From the NCBI GenBank assembly GCA_030668875.1, contig DAOVER010000007.1, forward strand, positions 30,001 through 62,000: a stretch of DNA of 32,000 nucleotides. Reading direction: 5' to 3'. A program made the translations under genes and the position numbers. The notes below the pieces were generated by a model. It saw only the letters and a program-made list of their open reading frames with translations, was not told the DNA's origin and searched no databases. Positions 18,029 to 26,253 of the stretch are shown here, piece after piece. Within the stretch, counting starts at the first letter, position 1. Every line of letters starts with the position of its first letter. Source of the stretch: Candidatus Heimdallarchaeota archaeon (GTDB lineage Archaea > Asgardarchaeota > Heimdallarchaeia > Heimdallarchaeales > Heimdallarchaeaceae).

Positions 18029-19058
18029 TAATAAAAAACCTCCTTCAACATATGCAGAAGCTGGAATCGATTTGTCAATAGAAGCTCAAATTCTAAAAAC
18101 AATTAATGATTATGTGAAAAAATCCTTTCAATTTGGTGATGTAGTTGCAAAGGAAGGTCATTACGCAAATATGATTAAATTAGGCGATATTGGTTTAGCA
18201 CTCACTTCAGACGGGGTTGGTACTAAATTACTTATTGCTCAAGATACTGGGAAACTTGACACAATAGGAATCGACTGTGTAGCAATGAATGTTAATGATT
18301 TGCTTTCAATGGGAATTCCTCCAAAAGCATTTGTAGATTATTTAGCAGTATCTGAATTGAACAAATCTCAAATCGAGCAAATAATTTCTGGAATTTATAA
18401 GGGATGTGAATTATCAGGAATTCCCTTGCTAGGTGGAGAGCTAGCAACAGTACCTGAGTTATTAGTTGATAAGAAAAATGCTTTTGATGTTGCCGGAACC
18501 GCTTTGGGAATAGTTTCTCTTGATAGTGTTATTGATGGGTCTAAAATCAAACTTGGTGACTCTGTTATTGGAATAACAAGCAGTGGATTACATTCAAATG
18601 GATATACTATTGTAAGAAAAATTCTTTCAATCAAGTATCTTCTAAGTGAGAGTTTTCCATGGGGAAGAGAAGTGTATGAAGAGCTCTTAGAACCAACGAG
18701 GATTTATGTTAAAGCAATACTAGATCTTATAGAAAGTTGTTCAGTATCAGGTTTAGCTCATATTACAGGTGGTGGTTTTAAGAAATTATTCAGACTAACC
18801 AATTATGGTTTTGAGTTGAATAATTTCCCCAAACTATCGAATATATTTGAGGAAATTCATATTTTGGGTAGAATTTCCTTCCAAGAGATGTTTTCAATTT
18901 TCAACATGGGAATTGGCTTTGTTGCTGTTGTTCCAAAAGAAGAGGAAGAGAAAGCGCTTAAGCTATTAAATAAGCATTTCAAAAGCATCACAATCGGAGA
19001 GGTTGTAGAAGATCCAATAGTATCTATTTCTAAGTATGATGTGTTATTTACAAGGTGA
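18021..19058 (+). CDS. purM: AIR synthetase
   Basis: [54 protein letters not shown]. Start is 18021 (ATG) or 18012 (GTG). Confidence 0.96.
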   Translation: MTDNKKPPSTYAEAGIDLSIEAQILKTINDYVKKSFQFGDVVAKEGHYANMIKLGDIGLALTSDGVGTKLLIAQDTGKLDTIGIDCVAMNVNDLLSMGIPPKAFVDYLAVSELNKSQIEQIISGIYKGCELSGIPLLGGELATVPELLVDKKNAFDVAGTALGIVSLDSVIDGSKIKLGDSVIGITSSGLHSNGYTIVRKILSIKYLLSESFPWGREVYEELLEPTRIYVKAILDLIESCSVSGLAHITGGGFKKLFRLTNYGFELNNFPKLSNIFEEIHILGRISFQEMFSIFNMGIGFVAVVPKEEEEKALKLLNKHFKSITIGEVVEDPIVSISKYDVLFTR

Positions 19059-19062
19059 TATG

Positions 19063-19665
19063 ATGAAAATAGCTGTTCTAATATCTGGAAGAGGTTCTAA
19101 TCTTCAGGCCATACTTAAAGCTGAAAATGAAAAAAAGTTAGGTAATGCTGAAGTTTTCTTGATTATCAGCAGTAATCCTAATGCAGCAGGTTTAGAATTT
19201 GCAAAAAACTATAACAAATACGCCGTTGTACTTGATCCAAAGGATTATGCTAATAAAACTGAATATGATAAGAAATTGAAATCTATAATGCTTGAAAATG
19301 ATATTGAATTGATAGTTTTAGCTGGATTTATGAAAGTTTTATCACATTCATTTGTTGATTATTTTAAGAACAAAATTATCAATATTCATCCGTCCTTACT
19401 CCCAGCTTTTCCAGGTTTAAATATTCATGAAAGGGTATTAGAATATGGAGTGAAATATTCTGGATGCACAGTTCATTTTGTGAATGCAGATGTTGACGGA
19501 GGACCTATTATTGCTCAAAGAGTGGTTGAAGTGTTAGATGGGGATTCACCTGATTCATTAGCTGCCAGAATATTGATCAAAGAACATATTCTGCTACCAG
19601 AAGTGATAAAGAAAATTTCAGAAAATAAGATTATTGTAAATCAAAGAAGAGTGAAGGTAAATTAA
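19063..19665 (+). CDS. purN: GAR transformylase (10-formyl-THF dependent)
   Basis: ISGRGSNLQA, VLAGFMKVL, NIHPSLLPAFPG, GCTVHFV..DVDGGPII; GGTGA RBS before tandem ATGs at 19060/19063. Confidence 0.96.
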   Translation: MKIAVLISGRGSNLQAILKAENEKKLGNAEVFLIISSNPNAAGLEFAKNYNKYAVVLDPKDYANKTEYDKKLKSIMLENDIELIVLAGFMKVLSHSFVDYFKNKIINIHPSLLPAFPGLNIHERVLEYGVKYSGCTVHFVNADVDGGPIIAQRVVEVLDGDSPDSLAARILIKEHILLPEVIKKISENKIIVNQRRVKVN

Positions 19666-19666
19666 G

Positions 19667-21064
19667 ATGTGTGGTGTTTTAGGTATAATTGGACCAACAA
19701 CACTTGGTCAAGGTAAAGTTTTGCTTCAGATGCTAACACATAGAGGACAAGATGCAAGTGGGGTTGGGTGGATTGAAGAAAAAACAAGCAATATTAAGAT
19801 TATTAAGAAAGATAGCTATCCAGATTTACTAGATTTGGATGAAACTAAAGAAACTTCTCAATTAATTGGATCTACAAGATATCCCACATTTGGAACAAGA
19901 ACTGACAGTTCTAATATAGAAAAATATGCACAACCCTTTACCTTCAAAACCAAGTATGGTACATTAGCAATAGTACACAATGGTAATATCACCAATATTC
20001 ATAACATGATAACTAGAGACTATGAAAGTGATACCGAATTCATCGTTGAGTTCCTTGGAAGCTTACTAAATAAAACCCAAGGGAATCTGAATGAATCAGT
20101 CAAAATGTTTATGGAAAGAGTGGATGGAAGCTATTCAATTATAGGGACGCTGGATGAAACACTATTTTCTTTCAGGGATCCAAGGGGTATAAGACCTTTA
20201 GTGATGGGAAGTAATGAAAATATTACTGTTATTAGTTCAGAAAGCGTTGTACTTCAAAATATTGGTGTTGAAAATATAAGAGATATAAAACCTGGAGAAT
20301 TAATTATTTTCAAAAAACAAGATATCCAAAGTTTTCAGATTTTAGTGAAAGATCATGCACATTGTATGTTTGAGTATGTTTACTTTGCTAATCCATGTTC
20401 AATTATTGAAGAGCGACTAGTTTATGATGTGAGGTTGGATTTAGGCAAGGAACTAGGGTTAAGAATAAAGGAGAATAATCTGGATATTGATTATATTGTT
20501 CCTGTTCCTGATACTTCAAGACCCGCTTCCCAGGGGTTATCCGAAGTATTGAACCTTCCCATACGAGAAGCAATAATCAAGAATAGATATCTTCAACGTA
20601 CCTTTATTATGAAGAGCAAACAAGAACGAACAAAAATTGCAAAAAGCAAATATCTCTATACAGCCAAATATATCAAAAATAAAAACATCCTAGTTGTAGA
20701 TGATTCAATAGTTAGAGGGTTGACAAGTCAAAAAATAGTCAAAGATTTAAGAAAACTGGGAGCTAATAAGATATACTTTGCCGTAACTTGTCCTGCAATA
20801 AGATTTGCTTGTTATTATGGTATAGATTTTCCAACTGATGAAGAATTGATTGCTTCAGGTCACACAGTAGAAAAAATCAAAGAAGTTCTTGATGTAGACG
20901 GAGTATTTTATCAGAACATTGATTCATTAAAAACTGCAATCGGTTTCTCTGATTTATGTACCGCTTGTTTATCTGGAAGTTATCCAACACCTTATGCTCA
21001 AGAAATCAGGATTAAATATTTGAACGGGGAATTAAAAGGGAGAAGTCATTATGAAGAGGTCTAA
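19667..21064 (+). CDS. purF: Amidophosphoribosyltransferase (Fe-S type)
   Basis: N-terminal MCG, HRGQD, HNGN, RDPRGIRPL, CMFEYVYFA, VVDDSIVRG, CYYGID, CTAC. Confidence 0.96.
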   Translation: MCGVLGIIGPTTLGQGKVLLQMLTHRGQDASGVGWIEEKTSNIKIIKKDSYPDLLDLDETKETSQLIGSTRYPTFGTRTDSSNIEKYAQPFTFKTKYGTLAIVHNGNITNIHNMITRDYESDTEFIVEFLGSLLNKTQGNLNESVKMFMERVDGSYSIIGTLDETLFSFRDPRGIRPLVMGSNENITVISSESVVLQNIGVENIRDIKPGELIIFKKQDIQSFQILVKDHAHCMFEYVYFANPCSIIEERLVYDVRLDLGKELGLRIKENNLDIDYIVPVPDTSRPASQGLSEVLNLPIREAIIKNRYLQRTFIMKSKQERTKIAKSKYLYTAKYIKNKNILVVDDSIVRGLTSQKIVKDLRKLGANKIYFAVTCPAIRFACYYGIDFPTDEELIASGHTVEKIKEVLDVDGVFYQNIDSLKTAIGFSDLCTACLSGSYPTPYAQEIRIKYLNGELKGRSHYEEV

Positions 21065-21066
21065 AA

Positions 21067-22320
21067 ATGTCTGAAAAAATACTGTTAATAGGTAATGGTG
21101 CAAGAGAGCATGCTATTGCGAAAAAGATTGTAGAAAATGAGGGGATTTTATATTCCTATATGTCAAGAGAAAATCCTGGTATAGCAGATTTATCCAAGAA
21201 ATTTAGTGTTGGTAAACTTGAGGACTTCAATAAGCTAAAGAAATATAGAAATGTTGACTATGCAATTGTGGGACCTGAATCACCTCTCTCTGAAGGTATA
21301 ACTAATTACTTGGAAGATAAACTGAAAATTCCAACTTGTGGTCCAAGAAAAGAAGTTGCAAAAATAGAGTCAAGTAAGATTTTTGCCAGATATTTACTTG
21401 ATGCATATGATATACCAGGAAATATACCATATACAATCTGTAGAACAATTGATGATTTAGAAGACGCAATTCAAGAATTTGGCTTGGAAATCGTTATTAA
21501 ACCAGATGGCTTAACTGGGGGAAAAGGTGTAAAGGTCTATGGTGATCATTTCAATTGTTTTAAAGAAGCAAGAAATTATGCAAAACAATTACTAGCTCAA
21601 GATGCAGAATTTCTCGTTGAAGAGAAAATCAAAGGAAAAGAGTTTTCATTACAAGTTTTTACAGATGGGAAAACAATAACTCCTATGCCATTGGTTCGAG
21701 ATTACAAAAGAGCCTATGATGAAGAGAAAGGCCCAAATACTGGAGGCATGGGATCATATAGTTTACCTTCTCATGATTTACCATTTTTGTCAGAGAAAGA
21801 TATCAAATCCGCGAATGAAATTCTAGGGAAAACAGTTACTGCAATGAAAAAGGAAACCGGTATTGACTATAAAGGAATATTATATGGTCAATTTATGAAA
21901 ACAAATGGGAAAATTCATGTGATTGAATTTAATGTGAGATTTGGCGATCCTGAAGCTATAAATGTTCTGAAGCTTCTCAAAACAGATTTCAATTTAATCG
22001 CAAACCAAATAATTGATGGAAATCTAGGAAAAACTGAGTTTTCTAATCAGGCAACGGTCTGTACATACCTTGTTCCAGATGGCTATCCAACAAATCCAAA
22101 AGAGAATAGACCTATTGAAGTTGATTCTACCATGAATGCTGATTTATACTATGCTTCAGTATACAGAGAAAGGAAAGAAATCAAAACAACAAAGAGCAGA
22201 GCTATAGCAATAATTGAAACTGGTTCAAATCTAGAAGTAGCAAAACAAAAAATTAATGATAATATAACAAAAATAAAGGGAGATCTCTTCTATAGGAACG
22301 ATATAGGCGTTCTCTTATAG
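21067..22320 (+). CDS. purD: GAR synthetase
   Basis: GNGAREHA, NPG, VGPE, E.SK.FA, KPDGLTGGKGV, DYKR...GPNTGGMG, EFNVRFGDPE. Confidence 0.96.
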   Translation: MSEKILLIGNGAREHAIAKKIVENEGILYSYMSRENPGIADLSKKFSVGKLEDFNKLKKYRNVDYAIVGPESPLSEGITNYLEDKLKIPTCGPRKEVAKIESSKIFARYLLDAYDIPGNIPYTICRTIDDLEDAIQEFGLEIVIKPDGLTGGKGVKVYGDHFNCFKEARNYAKQLLAQDAEFLVEEKIKGKEFSLQVFTDGKTITPMPLVRDYKRAYDEEKGPNTGGMGSYSLPSHDLPFLSEKDIKSANEILGKTVTAMKKETGIDYKGILYGQFMKTNGKIHVIEFNVRFGDPEAINVLKLLKTDFNLIANQIIDGNLGKTEFSNQATVCTYLVPDGYPTNPKENRPIEVDSTMNADLYYASVYRERKEIKTTKSRAIAIIETGSNLEVAKQKINDNITKIKGDLFYRNDIGVLL

Positions 22321-22341
22321 GTAGCTTTAATGAGTTCTAAA

Positions 22342-22812
22342 TCACAGTTTACGATTTAGATATTTCTTATCCAGTAATCGATCACAATATACACATCTTA
22401 AAATAAGTGGATCCTTCGAAACAACATCAAACGAAGATACAATCGGTTCATGAGCATTAGAAACACAGTTTGGATTAACACAGTCAACAAAATCTTCAAC
22501 ATGTTCAGGAATTTTCAGGTATTGTTTCTCTTGAACTTTGTAATCTACAATAATGTTTACAGTTGCAGTTGGGGCAATGAAAGAAAGTTTCTGCGTATCT
22601 TGAGAAGTAAGAGCTTTTCCTCTTATTTTTACAACATCTTTAAGTTTCATCTTTCTAGAAGGAACTCTTATAGCTAAAGCTACAGTATAGGGATAGTTGG
22701 AATCAATACCGAGAATTTCAAGAATCTTCAAAGCTTTACCTGGGGGGATTCTATCAATTACTGTACCATCTTTGATTTTTGTAACAATCAACTTATCATT
22801 ACTTTCACTCAT
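22342..22812 (-). CDS. pyrI: Aspartate carbamoyltransferase regulatory chain
   Basis: I.DGTVID.I, KDVVK, AP.ATVNII, Zn ligands CVNPNC and CVYC. ATG at 22812 follows the pyrB stop. Confidence 0.94.
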   Translation of the reverse strand: MSESNDKLIVTKIKDGTVIDRIPPGKALKILEILGIDSNYPYTVALAIRVPSRKMKLKDVVKIRGKALTSQDTQKLSFIAPTATVNIIVDYKVQEKQYLKIPEHVEDFVDCVNPNCVSNAHEPIVSSFDVVSKDPLILRCVYCDRLLDKKYLNRKL

Positions 22813-22813
22813 T

Positions 22814-23731
22814 TTAATCAAGTCCCAAATATTTTAAAATTAAGGCCATTCTTATCCAAACACCATTATGTGCTTGTTCAAAGTATCTAGAATGCTTGGT
22901 TTTGTCAATTGCATAATCAATCTCATCCACACGAGGAAGAGGATGTAATATGATAAATCGATCCTTAACGTTCTTGATGTCTTCCGTAGATATTTGATAA
23001 ACCCCTTTGAGCCTTTCATAATCCACAGGATCTGGAAATCGCTCTTTTTGAATTCTAGTCATATAAAGAACATCAAGATCAGGGATGATATCTTTTAGAT
23101 TCTCTTCAGTATTAAATTTGAATCCATTTTCCTTTAATCTCAATGCTACATTTTTTCTTAATTTAAGAGCTGGAGGAGCTATCAGATGAAGATCTATATT
23201 ATCATATTTTGCCAAAGCGAATAGAAGTGAAGGAATAGTTCTTCCATAGAGTAAGTCACCCATTACACCAATACTTAGATTGTCGATTCCTTTAAACTCC
23301 TTCTTAATGGAATAAAGGTCAAGTAAAGCCTGAGTTGGGTGTTCTTGCGAACCTGTTCCTCCAGATATCACTGGAATTGAAGCAAATTTTTTGGCTATCT
23401 CTCCTACCCCTTCAATATAGTGTCTAATGACCGCAATATCAGAATAATGATTAATCATTCTTAAAGTATCAGCAATACTTTCACCCTTAACAGTGCTACT
23501 TACTTTAGCATCGGTAAAACCTAAAATTTGTCCACCTAGTCTTAGCATGGCACTCTCAAAAGAAAGCCTAGTTCTAGTGCTTGGTTCAAAGAATAATGAT
23601 GCTAAGATTTTTCCTTTACATTTATCTGCAAATTGGTCAGGGTTTGCTTCTATTTTGGAAGCAAGAGAAAAAATCTGTTCAACAAAATCTTTGGAAATGG
23701 TCCTTGTTGAGAATAAATGTTTTGGTATCAT
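22814..23731 (-). CDS. pyrB: Aspartate carbamoyltransferase catalytic chain
   Basis: FFEPSTRTRLSF, KGES..DT, EHPTQALLD, GDL.YGRT, Y.TRIQKERF, HPLPRVDEI. Confidence 0.97.
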   Translation of the reverse strand: MIPKHLFSTRTISKDFVEQIFSLASKIEANPDQFADKCKGKILASLFFEPSTRTRLSFESAMLRLGGQILGFTDAKVSSTVKGESIADTLRMINHYSDIAVIRHYIEGVGEIAKKFASIPVISGGTGSQEHPTQALLDLYSIKKEFKGIDNLSIGVMGDLLYGRTIPSLLFALAKYDNIDLHLIAPPALKLRKNVALRLKENGFKFNTEENLKDIIPDLDVLYMTRIQKERFPDPVDYERLKGVYQISTEDIKNVKDRFIILHPLPRVDEIDYAIDKTKHSRYFEQAHNGVWIRMALILKYLGLD

Positions 23732-23771
23732 TTTTATACCTTTTTTCCAAAAAGAGTAAAAAGTTACTAAG

Positions 23772-23810
23772 TTATAAAAGATGTGGTGAGCAAGAGAAAT
23801 TTTGCAAAAT
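23772..23810 (+). promoter_or_regulatory. TATA-like TTATAAAA plus perfect 12-bp palindrome ATTTTGCAAAAT in the pyrB / pyrF2 divergent region
   Basis: TATA-like at 23772-23779; palindrome at 23799-23810. Confidence 0.5.
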
Positions 23811-23890
23811 AGTGTAAAATAAATCCAACAAGCTGATTTTTCATGAAAGCTAAAACAAGGATTAAATATGGAAAGGTGAATCTTTTCTAC

Positions 23891-24706
23891 ATGAGTTCAA
23901 TTCTTCCCAGTTTCTTAGACAAATATGCGGAAGTTGTTAAGAAAAAGAATAGTATACTATGCGTTGGTCTAGATCCTGCATTACCAATTCAAAGAATGAG
24001 ACAAGTAATTCCAAATGATGATAGACTCGAATTTATGAAAAGAATAATAGCTGATGTAGCACCTTATGCAAGCGTAATAAAAATGAATAGACAGTACTTA
24101 ATAGGTCTTACAGCTGCTGAGATACGACAATTAAATGTCCTGATACATCAACAGGGAATGCTTTCAATAGTTGATCACAAACTTGCAGATATCAGTTCTT
24201 CAAACTCTTCTGCTATTTTCTGGATAAGAGAGGAAGGTTTTGATGCCTTTACTTTTAATCCTTATGGTGGGAATATCGAGGAAGCTACGAGAATGGCCCA
24301 TGAGAAGAAGCTAGGAATAATTGTAGTAACCTTGATGTCTAATCCCCAAGCAATAATTCAAAAACTGCTTAATATCTACGAAAGTCCCTTCTTTTTACAT
24401 GTTGCAGAAATATGTAAAGTTGCTAAATCAGATGGTTGTATGATTGGAGCTGGAAGTCATATTAAACTAACAGATATTGCCAAAATTAAACAGTTGATTG
24501 GAAATAATGCAATTGCTCTGGTTCCAATAATGGGACAATATAAAGAAAATGCAAAACATACAATATTGCATTTTGGAGATAAAACAATGATTAGTGTTGG
24601 TGGAGCAATTTTATACTCGGATAATCCACCAGAAAAAGCAAGACAATACCAAGAACAGTTTAACGCTTATAGAGATAAATTGAGTCAGAAGAGTTTAGAT
24701 ATTTAG
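23891..24706 (+). CDS. Divergent PyrF (OMP decarboxylase) paralog lacking phosphate-binding residues
   Basis: Aligns gap-free with the 7403-8188 protein (about 56% identity by hand count). Keeps VGLDP, VIK and DHKLADI, but PGVGAQGG is PIMGQYKE and NVSR is SVGG. ATG at 23891 follows a GGTGA RBS. Confidence 0.85.
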   Translation: MSSILPSFLDKYAEVVKKKNSILCVGLDPALPIQRMRQVIPNDDRLEFMKRIIADVAPYASVIKMNRQYLIGLTAAEIRQLNVLIHQQGMLSIVDHKLADISSSNSSAIFWIREEGFDAFTFNPYGGNIEEATRMAHEKKLGIIVVTLMSNPQAIIQKLLNIYESPFFLHVAEICKVAKSDGCMIGAGSHIKLTDIAKIKQLIGNNAIALVPIMGQYKENAKHTILHFGDKTMISVGGAILYSDNPPEKARQYQEQFNAYRDKLSQKSLDI

Positions 24707-24708
24707 AT

Positions 24709-25296
24709 TCATGCACTTGTAAAAACAAGTTCTTCCTCTTTGTAAGTTAGAGTACCTCTAACCAAATTGCTTATTTTTAGTTCAGCTCTACACAATGGAC
24801 AGGTTTCTTTTTCTTTTAACCAATCTTCAAAGTGTTTTGGATGCCCTGCATAATTGCAATTTGGGCAAAGTATCACACCAAGTTTTTCCTTATCTTTAAA
24901 GTCGAATTTTTGCAGACAAATTATACACTTCTCTCCAGAAATAGCTTCTTCTACTTTCCTAACCCAACTGGACAATTCTTTCGCTTCTTCCTTATTTGTT
25001 TCTTTTGGATCCTTCTGTTGAATTTGATGAAGAACATTAAGTATTTTCTCTTTATTAACAAAGGAAATCGATTCAGAAGTTTCTATCTTCTCTTCTGCTT
25101 TTTCTAGAAATTCAGTTACTTGTTTCTTAATAGTTTTGAACGACTTCTGTAATCCAGTAGTGAGTTTATCTGAAAAAGTATCAATGTCTTTTTTCACTTT
25201 TTGCTCCCTTGTAATCCTATTACCACAATATGGACAAAAATCGCTTGCTAAGGGAATCTTTCTTAAACAGAATTTACATGACTTTTTTTCACTCAT
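24709..25296 (-). CDS. Zn-ribbon + RING-like domain protein (putative E3 ligase)
   Basis: N-terminal CKFC/CPYC; C-terminal CIIC-x16-CPNC-x4-H-x2-H-x3-W-x6-CPLCR. Confidence 0.75.
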   Translation of the reverse strand: MSEKKSCKFCLRKIPLASDFCPYCGNRITREQKVKKDIDTFSDKLTTGLQKSFKTIKKQVTEFLEKAEEKIETSESISFVNKEKILNVLHQIQQKDPKETNKEEAKELSSWVRKVEEAISGEKCIICLQKFDFKDKEKLGVILCPNCNYAGHPKHFEDWLKEKETCPLCRAELKISNLVRGTLTYKEEELVFTSA

Positions 25297-25315
25297 TTTA
25301 AATATCCCTTATTTC

Positions 25316-26173
25316 TCATGGTAATTCTTTTTTAGTCTCACACTGGGGACAGTACCACCAACTTCCACCTTGTGGAGGAAAATATCTTGTCATCCCAATT
25401 CCACAGCTCTCGCAAATTTCAGAATGATCTTCAAATTCCAGTGCGATTTGTAGAAAGTCGTGTGTCTCGAAGAAATACTTTGAAAATTTAATAGCATCTA
25501 AAACTTTTTCTACCGCATCTAATTCAAGAACAGTTCCATGAATCCTGTGAGTAGTGATGTAATCGTAAGCTTGACGAGGTTTTAATTTATCCTCAGCTAA
25601 TGGTTTTGTAGCTATGTATAGGTATTCTGAAGAATTAACAATCATTTCCATAAGACTACGATTTTGTAAACCTAATCCAAGCATATTGAAAGGAAACATG
25701 AAGATGCTAAGTTTTGGATTTGATGTTATAAAGAATGAAACTGTACCAATGGGTTCCAAACAATAGATTCCTATATGATTCCCATACTTACCAATGGAAC
25801 TGATATATTTAGTGACGATGTCATTATCTCTTTGATCGACGATAGAATGGTCAAAGAATATAACACATGGTTTAAATTTCAATTTGTGAAATAAAGTAAG
25901 TAGACCATTTATCTCTTCAAAACTAACAATGACCATAATCTTACAATTAGGAATCTCACCATGCAATAAATTAAGAAAATTAACCATTTGTTCATTATAT
26001 AAGTAGAATAAACACGCATTCGAACCTGTCACAGAAGTTCGTTTGAGAATGGGTAAGAGAGCTTCATGGTTTTTTAGTAAATGGTCATCAGGAATATCTT
26101 CAAACTTAGAGTACTTAACTGAACCAACAATAGTTCTAGGAATAATATCTTTCAATCTTTCATATTCACTCAT
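25316..26173 (-). CDS. Hypothetical protein: degenerate aldo-keto-reductase-like barrel with C-terminal Zn ribbon
   Basis: PFN..G and IATKPLA..KL.P..AYDY resemble the AKR C-terminal half; CESC...CPQC at the C-terminus. ATG at 26173 preferred over GTG at 26194. Confidence 0.55.
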   Translation of the reverse strand: MSEYERLKDIIPRTIVGSVKYSKFEDIPDDHLLKNHEALLPILKRTSVTGSNACLFYLYNEQMVNFLNLLHGEIPNCKIMVIVSFEEINGLLTLFHKLKFKPCVIFFDHSIVDQRDNDIVTKYISSIGKYGNHIGIYCLEPIGTVSFFITSNPKLSIFMFPFNMLGLGLQNRSLMEMIVNSSEYLYIATKPLAEDKLKPRQAYDYITTHRIHGTVLELDAVEKVLDAIKFSKYFFETHDFLQIALEFEDHSEICESCGIGMTRYFPPQGGSWWYCPQCETKKELP

Positions 26174-26253
26174 TGAGCTCAAATAGAAATACACTGACGT
26201 TTTATAAAAGTTATCGCATTCACAGATATCAAGTTAATGTCTCATAGAAAGAA

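Noticed and set aside
19667-19675. PurF starting MCG with no propeptide, and map nearby
   Set aside because: Common among PurF proteins; MetAP is a housekeeping gene 19 kb away.
23732-23760. T-run upstream of pyrB as UTP-sensitive reiterative transcription or attenuation
   Set aside because: The TATA position predicts a start near 23748, downstream of the T-run, so it would not be transcribed.
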